Assembly: GCA_964597925.1 (NCBI GenBank)
Contig: CAZQZT010000002.1
Coordinates: forward strand, 39,038-103,037
DNA length: 64,000 nucleotides
Direction of reading: 5' to 3'
Source of the DNA: an uncultured Candidatus Saccharibacteria bacterium
Lineage (GTDB): Bacteria; Patescibacteriota; Saccharimonadia; Saccharimonadales; JBBQAJ01
Part shown: positions 44,460-53,369 of the stretch, piece by piece
Position numbering within the stretch: position 1 is the stretch's first letter
How the letters are laid out: each line of letters opens with the position of its first letter
Translations under genes and position numbers: made by a program
Notes under the pieces: model-generated
Databases searched by the model: none
The model's input: the letters and a program-made list of their open reading frames with translations, nothing else
Told to the model about the DNA's origin: nothing

Positions 44460-47080
44460 TATTTACGCTTCTTGTGTTTGGATTTTTGTTTGCGCTGTCG
44501 CTCTTGTTTACGAGCTTTTTTAAGTTTATCTTTACTCTGTTTTTTAGCGGCAGTGGCAACCTTTACTGGTACAAAATCTGTTTCTTCAAATTCATCGGCC
44601 TCAAGTATTTTATTGGCATTGTCTACAGAATGTCGCGCCGCACGCGTAAGTTCAGTTTCTACGGGACGGTTTAAGTCTACAGGCTCGGCGCTAAACAGCG
44701 CTCGAACTACTTCATGTCTCAATTGAATTTGCATCTCTTCAAACATGTGCTGACCTTGGCGCCGATATTCTACTAACGGGTCTCGCTGTCCTACGCTAAT
44801 CCAGTGAATTCCTTCGCGCATGTGGTCCATGTTTTCTAGGTGCTGCATCCATAAATTATCCAAAATCTGTAAGTAGATGTCTCGCTCTACCTTACGCATA
44901 ACTTCTTGGGTAAAGGCAACTTCACGTCCTTCGTATAGCTCTAGAGCCTCTGTATGTAGTACTTTTCCAAATTGGGTAGATTCAGTGTCGAAAAGTCGGT
45001 CTAGTGTTTCGTCTCCAAATGGGAAACTCTCTGTTATGAGAGGCTCAAATTGGTCAGACATTAACATCGGTGAAGCTGCCAATGCCTTAGTCTCATCTCC
45101 TATATACGCCACAATCCTTTTTCTGATATCAGCTTGAAGAAGTATTTCTCTACGCATGGTATATGTAGCTTTGCGATGTCGGTTCATAACGTCGTCGTAC
45201 TGAACCACGTTTTTACGAGTATCGAAGTTGTAGCCTTCTACCTTTTTCTGGGCACCTTCTAGGCTCTTGCTAATGACTCTATTTTCTATGGGTGTTTCGT
45301 CGTCCACGCCTAGACGGTCCATGATTGAACCTATTCGTTCACCGCCAAAAATACGCATCAGGTCGTCTTCTGTACTAACAAAAAACTGGGTTACGCCAGG
45401 GTCTCCCTGACGTCCAGCACGACCACGTAACTGATTGTCTATACGGCGCGATTCATGCCGTTCACTTCCTAGTACAAACAAACCGCCTAGTTCTTTAACG
45501 TCTTCATCCAGCACAATATCTGTACCACGTCCGGCAATGTTAGTAGCCAAAGTAACCGCTCCCCTTTGACCAGCTTTAGCTACTATAGAAGCTTCTTTTT
45601 CGTTGTTTTTGGCATTTAGCATCTGGTGCGGGATTTTGGCTTTTGTAAGCATGGCACTCAGAGCTTCGTTTTTTTCAATCGACACAGTACCAAGCAAAAC
45701 TGGCTGGCCCTTGTGGTATAAAGAAGCTATTTCACGGGTTATGGCCTTGAACTTGCCAGTTTCTGTGCGATATATACGATCCGTTCGGTCGTCACGGGCA
45801 AGTTTGCGGTTAGAAGGAACTTGAACTACGTCTAGTTTGTACACTTGGTGGAATTCTTCACTTTCAGTTTCTGCAGTACCAGTCATGCCGGCTAGTTTTT
45901 CGTACAGGCGGAAATAATTTTGGAATGAAATCGTTGCAAGTGTCATGGATTCTTCTTGAACTTCTACACCTTCTTTGGCTTCGATTGCCTGGTGCAGGCC
46001 TTCGTTGTAACGACGGCCCTTTAGCAAACGGCCAGTAAAGTCATCTACAATCACAACTTCTCCATCAGAGGTAACCACATAGTCTTTATCTCGATGGAAC
46101 AACGCCTGTGCTTTCAGAGCCTGTTCTAGGTGATAGATGCTACGGATGTTTTCTGTTCCATATAGGCCATTTATGCCGAGGATTTTTTCTACATGTTCTA
46201 CGCCGTCGTTGGTAAGAACTACCGACTTACGCTTTTCGTCTGTTTCGTAGTCTTCGTCTTTTTTGAGCTGACGAGTAACCTTGGCAAACTGGGCATAAGC
46301 CGTACCACTTGTTACGCTTGGTGCAGAAATGATTAGCGGCGTTCGGGCTTCATCAATTAGAATCGAGTCTACTTCGTCTACTAGGGCGTAATGTAGTTCA
46401 CGCTGGCGCAGCTGTTCCGTTTCTCGAACCATATTATCGCGCAAATAGTCAAAGCCAAATTCGTTGTTTGTGCCGTAAGTTATGTCCGCACCATAGGCTT
46501 CCTGGCGAGTACAGGGTTTCATGTGCCATAGGCGCTTGTCGTCATGGCTTTTATCTTCAAATTTTGAATCAAATATATACGATTCATCTGCAATTATAAC
46601 GCCCGTGGAAAGTCCCAAAAAATTATAGACTTCGCCCATCCATCCAGCGTCACGCCGAGCTAGGTAGTCATTTACAGTGACCACGTGAGCACCTTTGCCA
46701 GTTAAACCGTTCAGATAGACTGCTAGTGTTGCCACGAGCGTTTTACCTTCTCCTGTTTTCATTTCGGCAACTTTGCCTTCGTGCAAAACCATGCCACCAA
46801 TAAGCTGAACGTCAAAATGACGTTGACCAAGTGTTCGACGGGCTCCTTCACGAACTACAGCAAAAGCGTCTGGCAAAATTTTATCTAATGACTCCTTCTT
46901 AAGCCGGACTTTTAGAACCTCAGTTTGCTCTTTTAGCTGCTTATCAGTCATTTTTTTATATTTTGGCTCTAGGGAGTTGATATCATTAACTCGCCTACGC
47001 ATACGCCGGAGCGTTTTTGCCTGGGGATCCCCAAGAAGCTTTTTAAATACTTTATTCACTAGAATTTTTCTCCCTATCAA
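44459..47080 (-). CDS. secA: Preprotein translocase ATPase SecA (probable GTG start at 47059, VNKVFKKLLGDPQ)
   Basis: MKTGEGKTLVATL Walker A, DEVDSILIDEARTPLIIS, TNIAGRGTDI. The Lys-rich C-terminal tail has no Zn-binding Cys motif. Confidence 0.93.
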   Translation of the reverse strand: MIGRKILVNKVFKKLLGDPQAKTLRRMRRRVNDINSLEPKYKKMTDKQLKEQTEVLKVRLKKESLDKILPDAFAVVREGARRTLGQRHFDVQLIGGMVLHEGKVAEMKTGEGKTLVATLAVYLNGLTGKGAHVVTVNDYLARRDAGWMGEVYNFLGLSTGVIIADESYIFDSKFEDKSHDDKRLWHMKPCTRQEAYGADITYGTNNEFGFDYLRDNMVRETEQLRQRELHYALVDEVDSILIDEARTPLIISAPSVTSGTAYAQFAKVTRQLKKDEDYETDEKRKSVVLTNDGVEHVEKILGINGLYGTENIRSIYHLEQALKAQALFHRDKDYVVTSDGEVVIVDDFTGRLLKGRRYNEGLHQAIEAKEGVEVQEESMTLATISFQNYFRLYEKLAGMTGTAETESEEFHQVYKLDVVQVPSNRKLARDDRTDRIYRTETGKFKAITREIASLYHKGQPVLLGTVSIEKNEALSAMLTKAKIPHQMLNAKNNEKEASIVAKAGQRGAVTLATNIAGRGTDIVLDEDVKELGGLFVLGSERHESRRIDNQLRGRAGRQGDPGVTQFFVSTEDDLMRIFGGERIGSIMDRLGVDDETPIENRVISKSLEGAQKKVEGYNFDTRKNVVQYDDVMNRHRKATYTMRREILLQADIRKRIVAYIGDETKALAASPMLMSDQFEPLITESFPFGDETLDRLFDTESTQFGKVLHTEALELYEGREVAFTQEVMRKVERDIYLQILDNLWMQHLENMDHMREGIHWISVGQRDPLVEYRRQGQHMFEEMQIQLRHEVVRALFSAEPVDLNRPVETELTRAARHSVDNANKILEADEFEETDFVPVKVATAAKKQSKDKLKKARKQERQRKQKSKHKKRK

Positions 47081-47168
47081 GACACGGTCATGTGAGTAAT
47101 ACCAAAATATTGTACCTCAGTTAGGCCTTTGGGTACAGACCCGTGGGTGTAGTATTTTTTTCAAATGC

Positions 47169-47537
47169 CTAGGCTTCGTGTTTAGTACGGCGAAGTTTGC
47201 CTATAAGTCGATGGTGCAGTTGGGGGCTGCCGTGTTTGGTTTTGTACTTTTTAATCTGATTTTTTAGTTTGGCTTCTACTATATCTACGGCTGCATACAT
47301 GTTTACTGTTGATTCTTTGGTGGTCAGTTTGTCATGCGGTAAATGCAGAACTACCTCGCATTGATGCTCTACTTTGGCTTTTATCTTTGTTTCTTTGAGA
47401 AATACTTCCAAGTGCGCAGACTGACGAGCGTGTTTGGGTATGTATTTATCTAGTTTACCTAGTTTTTTAGTTACATATGTCTTAAGCTTTGTGTCTACCT
47501 TAAAATGCACACCGTTAATTTCTAATTTATTAATCAT
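47169..47537 (-). CDS. hpf: Ribosome hibernation promoting factor / RaiA family (short form)
   Basis: 122 aa. LKTYVTKKLGKLDKY...VEVVLHLP...MYAAVDIVEAKLKNQIKKYK. Confidence 0.8.
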   Translation of the reverse strand: MINKLEINGVHFKVDTKLKTYVTKKLGKLDKYIPKHARQSAHLEVFLKETKIKAKVEHQCEVVLHLPHDKLTTKESTVNMYAAVDIVEAKLKNQIKKYKTKHGSPQLHHRLIGKLRRTKHEA

Positions 47538-48778
47538 ATTTGTTCTCGTCCTCCCATATAGTGTTTTAGTACTTCAGGAACATTTAATTTACCGTCATCT
47601 GTTTGATAATGTTCTAGTATAGCAATCAAAGATCTACACAGAGATACGGCAGTACCGTTGAGAGAATGAAGCATCTCCACGTTGCCATTTTTGCGCCGCA
47701 CTCGTATGTTTAGATTACGGGTCTGAAAATCAGTACAGTTCGAACAACTGGTAAGTTCACGATAAACACCGTCAACTTTAGACCAATATTCTAGGTCATA
47801 TTTTTTCACGGCTGGGGCTCCTAGATCACCTGAAGCAATATTGATAATGTGGTAAGGAATCTTTAGCGCTTGCCAGAGTTCTTCTTCTATGCTCAAAATG
47901 CGTTCGTGCATATCAGAACTATTTTCAGGTAGAGTAAACGCATACATTTCTAGTTTGTTAAACTGGTGCACGCGAAACAATCCCCTGGCGTGTTTGCCAT
48001 ATGTACCTGCTTCTTTGCGATAGCAAGGGCTAAGGCTAGCATAAAGCAACGGTAGCTTGTCTTCGTTTATAATCTCGTCTGCATGATAGCCAGTAAGAGG
48101 CATCTCTGCTGTGCCTATTAGGGCTAGGTCTTCGCCTTCTATGAAGTACTCATCACTCTGTTCGCTGGTCCGAGGAGCAAAACCCGTGCCTGCTACCACA
48201 CGGCTATTTACCATATGAGGTACCGTCATAAGCGTGAAGCCTTTATTGGTGACTACATCTAACGCGTACTGAGTAATTGCGTTTTCCAGAAGTGCTAAGT
48301 CGCCTTTTATGAAATAAAATTTAGCTCCAGCAACCTTGGCGCCTCGCTCAAAGTCTACCCAATCGCGTTTGAGTGCAAATTCTAGATGATCTTCTGCTCC
48401 TGTTGTCTGCTCACCAAAAGTTCTAATCTCTTTACTCAGTTCTTCTCCGCCGACTGGCACATCATCAAGGTGAACGTTTGGTATACCATTTAGTAATTGT
48501 TCGTATGAAGCCGTTACGGGTTCAAGTAAAGCCTCTGCCTGCGTAACTTGTTCTTTAACATTTCGTCCACGCTGGATCTGCTCTTCTGACGGGTTACCAG
48601 CTTTCAACTCATCCGCAATAACGTTGCGTTCTGCGCGTAGTGCCTCTAGTTTGCCCAGTAACTCTTTGCGCTCATTATCTAGTTTTAAAAATGAGGTAAT
48701 GTCTACGTCGTAGCCTTTTTGTTTTGATTTCTCCTGCACCAACTGTGCATTGTCCCGGATAAACTGAATATCTAACAT
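47534..48778 (-). CDS. serS: Serine--tRNA ligase
   Basis: MLDIQFIRDN start, coiled-coil arm, class II core (FRVHQFNKLE, GNGTAVSL-like). TATACT lies 6 nt before the ATG. Confidence 0.92.
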   Translation of the reverse strand: MLDIQFIRDNAQLVQEKSKQKGYDVDITSFLKLDNERKELLGKLEALRAERNVIADELKAGNPSEEQIQRGRNVKEQVTQAEALLEPVTASYEQLLNGIPNVHLDDVPVGGEELSKEIRTFGEQTTGAEDHLEFALKRDWVDFERGAKVAGAKFYFIKGDLALLENAITQYALDVVTNKGFTLMTVPHMVNSRVVAGTGFAPRTSEQSDEYFIEGEDLALIGTAEMPLTGYHADEIINEDKLPLLYASLSPCYRKEAGTYGKHARGLFRVHQFNKLEMYAFTLPENSSDMHERILSIEEELWQALKIPYHIINIASGDLGAPAVKKYDLEYWSKVDGVYRELTSCSNCTDFQTRNLNIRVRRKNGNVEMLHSLNGTAVSLCRSLIAILEHYQTDDGKLNVPEVLKHYMGGREQI

Positions 48779-48816
48779 AACTATAGTATACAGACTAGAA
48801 TCGACACTTTGTAGTT

Positions 48817-49644
48817 TTACTTCTTATTTTGTTGCTTAAGAGCATTCAAGGTGAGTATTGTCCGTGATTTAGCATATTCACAATAATCGCAGGGGCCTCC
48901 CATGGCTGCCGTTCCTACGGGTGGCATATCGCCTTCTAGGCAGTCTTTCATCTGCTGAAGTGTTTTTTCTACCCACGCGTCACTGCCGTGATGTGGAAAC
49001 ACATTTGTGCGAAATTTTACTACATCATTGAAGCCGTCTGCACTGGAATCACCATTTGCATACACAAAGTACCCAGTGTCGCTGACTTTGTGACCATTTG
49101 CCTTTAGTAGCCACTGATAGACCTCCATTTGCCTACGGTAGCTGTCTTGCCATCCTCCCACTGGACCCAAGTCTGTAATCTCAGTTGTTTTGGCGGTGGC
49201 TTTATAGTCCACCACCATCAGCTCATCGTCATCATTTATCCAGACGTCGTCTACCGCCCCAAAAACATGCAGGTTTGTAGGTTCATGAAGCGTGGAAACT
49301 CCAGTGAAGTTTGCTCGCCAAGTATTTAGGTCTTTGTGTGGGTAAGGTTTTGCGGGTATTTTAAATTTTATCTGCAGAGGATGTTGAGTACCAGCTGCTC
49401 TGTGCACATCAAACTCTTTTTTAAACAGCTCATCAATGGCAGAGTTTATCCTAAAAGGAGGTCCGTTTGGCCTTTTTATTTTTAGCCTAGCATCTAGCCA
49501 AAAACAGCGTGGACACTGAGTAAAAAGCTCTATTTTGCTCCTAGAAACCTTAAAAACATCTGTTTGCCCCGGACTATAAGGTTTATTCCGTTCACTCCAA
49601 TAATTATTGCCTGCCATAGAGCTACATTGTAACAGTAGGAACAA
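48817..49644 (-). CDS. PD-(D/E)XK nuclease, Cas4/RecB-like, with four Cys for a probable Fe-S cluster
   Basis: N-terminal CPRCFW. Core GAVDDVW...VVDYKA...YRRQMEVYQWLL. C-terminal GGPCDYCEY (C...CxxC pattern as in Cas4/AddB nuclease domains). No CRISPR or cas context. Confidence 0.65.
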   Translation of the reverse strand: MFLLLQCSSMAGNNYWSERNKPYSPGQTDVFKVSRSKIELFTQCPRCFWLDARLKIKRPNGPPFRINSAIDELFKKEFDVHRAAGTQHPLQIKFKIPAKPYPHKDLNTWRANFTGVSTLHEPTNLHVFGAVDDVWINDDDELMVVDYKATAKTTEITDLGPVGGWQDSYRRQMEVYQWLLKANGHKVSDTGYFVYANGDSSADGFNDVVKFRTNVFPHHGSDAWVEKTLQQMKDCLEGDMPPVGTAAMGGPCDYCEYAKSRTILTLNALKQQNKK

Positions 49645-49660
49645 TAAACTATATTTTGCT

Positions 49661-49975
49661 CTAATATGGGACTGGCGTATAAATCGGGTTGACTGCCCCG
49701 ATAGAACTAGACCTATTCATAGTTCCTCTTGTTGCTGTGCCAAAATAAATATAGTCGCCTACTGTACCGACACCATAGAATATAACGTCGCCGTAACCGT
49801 CGCCGTCAAAGTCACCAGGGACTGGAATATAAGTACCATCAGTGGCGGGCATAGCCTTTGTCGTTTTACCAATCTTGGAGCTTGGCTCTGTATATACCCA
49901 GCTAAGGCGCTCGATTCTGGTTCTGATAAAGGAGCGCTGCCACCGCCGCTGTTTCTGCCCTGAGAGTAAAATCAT
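49661..49975 (-). CDS. Small ORF with a single FG-GAP/VCBS-like repeat; possible remnant of a larger gene
   Basis: PGDFDGDGYGDVIFYGVG is a typical FG-GAP Ca-binding loop. The 5' 74 nt overlap rsmE, so any real product probably starts at MPATDG (49852). Isolated single repeats are unusual. Confidence 0.3.
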   Translation of the reverse strand: MILLSGQKQRRWQRSFIRTRIERLSWVYTEPSSKIGKTTKAMPATDGTYIPVPGDFDGDGYGDVIFYGVGTVGDYIYFGTATRGTMNRSSSIGAVNPIYTPVPY

Positions 49976-50615
49976 GAAGATTTAGGTGTTTTATTTCTTT
50001 ATCTTTAAATAGTTGTTTTTCTACGTCGCTCCAACCACCCTCAGGTCCGACCAGTATTCCCGCTGGTTTTCCAATTTCCATTTTCCAATTTCCATTTTCC
50101 AAATCTTCGGATTGTTCACAGATGTAAAGCTGTACTTTATCTGTTAATTCTTCTAGGGCAGTGCCTACGTGCATGGGCTCACGTATATAAGGTATGTCAC
50201 TCCGACCACACTGCTCGGACGCTTCTATGATTATTTTTTCTGCACGCTCAAGGTTGAATCCGGTCTTTTCTGAGCGGTCTGCAAGCAGAGGGACGAAGTG
50301 ACTGACACCAAGTTCTGTGCATTTTTGCAAAACCCAGTCATTTTTATCCTTTTTTAGCAAACTCCAGATTAGGTAAATCTTTGTTTTGGGCATTTTGGGA
50401 CTGAGTTCTGTAACCATAATCACATGAGCTTCTTTTTCTGATAGCTCAACTAACTTATACAGCCTGTCCGTACCCTGCCCATCAAAAAGTATCAGTTCAT
50501 GACCAGCCTTAAAGCGCAGGACGTTTCGCCACTGATGAATAAGCTTTTCGTCATGCAACCAAAAATCATGCTTTAGTTCTGTGTCGGTTATGTAAAAACG
50601 ATGTAGTTTGCTCAT
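49902..50615 (-). CDS. rsmE: 16S rRNA m3U1498 methyltransferase RsmE
   Basis: HRFYI start, PUA-like N-terminus, SPOUT C-terminus (ILVGPEGGWSDVE). Confidence 0.85.
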   Translation of the reverse strand: MSKLHRFYITDTELKHDFWLHDEKLIHQWRNVLRFKAGHELILFDGQGTDRLYKLVELSEKEAHVIMVTELSPKMPKTKIYLIWSLLKKDKNDWVLQKCTELGVSHFVPLLADRSEKTGFNLERAEKIIIEASEQCGRSDIPYIREPMHVGTALEELTDKVQLYICEQSEDLENGNWKMEIGKPAGILVGPEGGWSDVEKQLFKDKEIKHLNLHDFTLRAETAAVAALLYQNQNRAP

Positions 50616-51862
50616 ATACCCTCTAGTATAGCTAAACTTTCAATATGAGGGGTTCTCGGGAAAAAATTGAAGACTTCAAAATGGATGATTTTATAGGCTA
50701 ATTGTAGTTTTTCGATATCTCTTGCTTGTGTCGCGGGATTGCAAGACAAATAGGCAATTTTTGGTGGCCTGGCTTCTAAGATTTTGTCTAATATGTGTGT
50801 ATGTAAACCAGCGCGTGGTGGGTCAAAAATGATTGGCTTGTCTGTGGTTATGTAGTCCAAGGCTTTTTCTGAAGGAACAACCAAAACGCTAGCTTTTAGC
50901 CCGCTATTTTTGGCATTTAAAACTGCCATTGCCGACGTAGCTGGATCGCTTTCTACTAAATCAACTGCTTTTTGCGCCAGACTCAAACCTATGCTCCCCA
51001 CTCCCGCATACATATCTACCATGTCATCTTCCTCGGCATATTGTTTCATACTAGCCAGAGCTAAATTAAAAACGGGTACATTTACTTGGAAGAAAGAGTC
51101 CGCATCGTATTGTAAGGCTACACCCTGCAAAGTATCTGTCAGTTTACAGTCGCCTAGCTCATGCAGCAACTCTGTCCGCACAGAAGCTGGGCTTTTGGGG
51201 TTTGAATGGTAGACGCGTAGTCCAGCTAATTCTTTGGGCAATGTGAGTTTTGGGAATGTTTTTGGCTTTATATATATAGCTCCAACTACCCTGCCCATCT
51301 GATTACAGCGAACAACTATTGTCTTCAAATCTCCAGCTCGTATAGCTCTGTTATTTAGCTCTGCAACCAGTGCATTTGCGGCCGTATCTAATGCCGGCAA
51401 CGCCAATGCACTACCTGTCACTATCTGCTTTTGATGACTGCCGCGGTTGTATAGCGCCAAATGCACACCGTCGTCATCTCCCCAAAAGGAATACTCCATT
51501 TTATTTCGGTAATGATACTCTACGCCGTCTGTTTGCAACCTAAAATCTGGTAGTTTTATGCCCGACTGCTGAAATATGTCACTGGTAATTTCTTGTTTCC
51601 AGTGGTTTTCGGTTGCAAAATTCATGATTTGCCAAGGAGATGTAGCTAAGTAGTTCTGCTCTTTTGGCTCAACGCGTTCTGGTGCCGGTTTTATAATTTT
51701 AACTGCTAAGCCTTCGGCGTAGCTCTTTTTTTTGCGCCACAACTCTACAGATACAGTTTCACCAGGCAAAGCATTCCACACAAAGACCTTACGACCGTCT
51801 GCCAATACACTTAGTCCCTGTCCGCCATGAACAAGCTTTTCTATGTTTACTGTTTCTGGCAT
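50612..51862 (-). CDS. TRAM-domain RNA (uracil-5)-methyltransferase, RlmD/TrmA family
   Basis: N-terminal TRAM (IEKLVHGGQGLS...GETVSVEL). Motif I DMYAGVGSIGLSLA, FDPPRAGL, and a catalytic Cys region (YLSCNPAT). Confidence 0.8.
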   Translation of the reverse strand: MPETVNIEKLVHGGQGLSVLADGRKVFVWNALPGETVSVELWRKKKSYAEGLAVKIIKPAPERVEPKEQNYLATSPWQIMNFATENHWKQEITSDIFQQSGIKLPDFRLQTDGVEYHYRNKMEYSFWGDDDGVHLALYNRGSHQKQIVTGSALALPALDTAANALVAELNNRAIRAGDLKTIVVRCNQMGRVVGAIYIKPKTFPKLTLPKELAGLRVYHSNPKSPASVRTELLHELGDCKLTDTLQGVALQYDADSFFQVNVPVFNLALASMKQYAEEDDMVDMYAGVGSIGLSLAQKAVDLVESDPATSAMAVLNAKNSGLKASVLVVPSEKALDYITTDKPIIFDPPRAGLHTHILDKILEARPPKIAYLSCNPATQARDIEKLQLAYKIIHFEVFNFFPRTPHIESLAILEGI

Positions 51863-51867
51863 CTAGA

Positions 51868-52794
51868 CTATTTCTTGTACAGTCCGATGATTAGAATTAC
51901 GGCAAATGCTACTTTTACGAAGATGCTTAACAGTATGTAGTTTCGTTCTGTGACTTCGTAGCTTTGCTTTGCTTTGCGTAGCCATGACTGGTTGCCAACA
52001 TATCCTGTAAAGGCCGCCAAAGTGGTGATATACAGTACATATACATACCAAGGACTACGTACTTGACCCCAAAGTAGAGTTCCAAGTGCATATACAGCAA
52101 TCATAATCCAAGGTAGCGAGCCAGTTATCAGACTAAGATAAAAATTGTTTCTTTCTGGTTTTGCCGAGTTTGCATTTTGCTTTTCGGCAAACCAGCCTAG
52201 AACACAGGTTATTACCATAAATGCTCCAATGAATTTGAGAGTCATAAGATCACGTACGCCACTTAAAAGTGCAATTACTTCGACTATCAGCGCACTTACT
52301 ACGGCCATATCTATCCAACGCCACAGCATGACATTTTTTTCTAACGAATCTTCAAATTGTTTCCTCTTTTTGGTAGCTGCCAGTAGGGGGATTATCGCAG
52401 AAACTAACAAAATAAACACGACTGCCCAGCGGAGTTCTAGGTCAAATACTGAATGAACGGCTGGTATAAATATAGCACTGGTTTTGCTTGCTAGCTCGTC
52501 TGCTGTTAGTAAGCCAGTAAAAATTTGATATGTACTGTCGTTCATCAAAAATCCTGCTGTCGCTGCTAGGATAATTGCCAACAGTCCACTGGCTAAGTTT
52601 AGTCGCTGGAGTTGAAATGTATATGGTTTTTTGACCTTTTGTGCAGTAGTAGTTTTGACCGCTTTTACAGATACTGATTTTTTGGTAGTTTTTGTTGCTT
52701 TAGTTGCTGAATTTTTACCCTGAGATCGTAGAACTGGTTTGGTAGTTTTAGATTTTGCCTTGGTTGATTTGTTCTTAGTTGTAGCCATGCGCAC
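51868..52794 (-). CDS. Heliorhodopsin-family 7-TM protein with about 60-aa Lys/Thr-rich N-terminal tail (likely ATG start at 52788)
   Basis: Seven hydrophobic segments. Blocks WRWIDMAVVSALIVEVIA, VLGWFAEKQ, GSLPWIMIAVYA and ERNYILLSIFVKVAFAVI align with heliorhodopsin TM3/TM4/TM5/TM7 blocks as I recall them, with Lys at the TM7 Schiff-base position. Confidence 0.7.
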   Translation of the reverse strand: MRMATTKNKSTKAKSKTTKPVLRSQGKNSATKATKTTKKSVSVKAVKTTTAQKVKKPYTFQLQRLNLASGLLAIILAATAGFLMNDSTYQIFTGLLTADELASKTSAIFIPAVHSVFDLELRWAVVFILLVSAIIPLLAATKKRKQFEDSLEKNVMLWRWIDMAVVSALIVEVIALLSGVRDLMTLKFIGAFMVITCVLGWFAEKQNANSAKPERNNFYLSLITGSLPWIMIAVYALGTLLWGQVRSPWYVYVLYITTLAAFTGYVGNQSWLRKAKQSYEVTERNYILLSIFVKVAFAVILIIGLYKK

Positions 52795-52795
52795 T

Positions 52796-52813
52796 ACTAT
52801 ATCATGGTAGACT
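52796..52813. promoter_or_regulatory. Back-to-back -10-like hexamers for the divergent heliorhodopsin and msrA genes
   Basis: Minus strand: TATAGT (52801..52796), 7 nt before ATG 52788. Plus strand: TAGACT (52808..52813), 6 nt before ATG 52820. The two starts are only about 30 bp apart. Confidence 0.35.
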
Positions 52814-52819
52814 TATCTT

Positions 52820-53350
52820 ATGAAAGAAGTGGCAACACTAGGTGGAGGATGTTACTGGTGTTTGGAAGCGTTTTATCAACGTATCAACGGTGTTGAGAGT
52901 GTTGTTTCTGGCTATAGTGGAGGACACCAGAAAAACCCAACATCCGAGCAAGTCTATACTATGACGACCGGCCATGCAGAAGTAGTTCAGCTGACATTTG
53001 ATCCAGAAGTTATAAGTTATAAAGAAATCTTGGAAATATTTTTTGCTATGCACGACCCCACTACCCTAAACCACCAAGGCCCAGACGTAGGTGAAGTATA
53101 TCGTTCGGTAATTTTTTATCACGACGAAACTCAAAAGAAAATCGCCCAAAACATGATAAAAAACTTCGCCCCTACCCTATACAAAGACCCGACTGTCACA
53201 GAACTAACCATGTATATGCAATTCTGGCCAGCAGATGAACACAGCCAGAACTTTTACAATAACAATCCAAACCAGGGCTACTGCCAGGTAGTAATAGACC
53301 CAAAAATCCAAAAACTCCGCGCCAAATTCGCTAATAAATTAAAAAGCTAA
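52820..53350 (+). CDS. msrA: Peptide-methionine (S)-S-oxide reductase MsrA
   Basis: ATLGGGCYWCLEAFY (GCFWC-type active site), GYSGG, GHAEVVQLTFDP, HDPTTLNHQGPDVG. Confidence 0.92.
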   Translation: MKEVATLGGGCYWCLEAFYQRINGVESVVSGYSGGHQKNPTSEQVYTMTTGHAEVVQLTFDPEVISYKEILEIFFAMHDPTTLNHQGPDVGEVYRSVIFYHDETQKKIAQNMIKNFAPTLYKDPTVTELTMYMQFWPADEHSQNFYNNNPNQGYCQVVIDPKIQKLRAKFANKLKS

Positions 53351-53369
53351 ATTAAGGTTTTGTTGTAAG

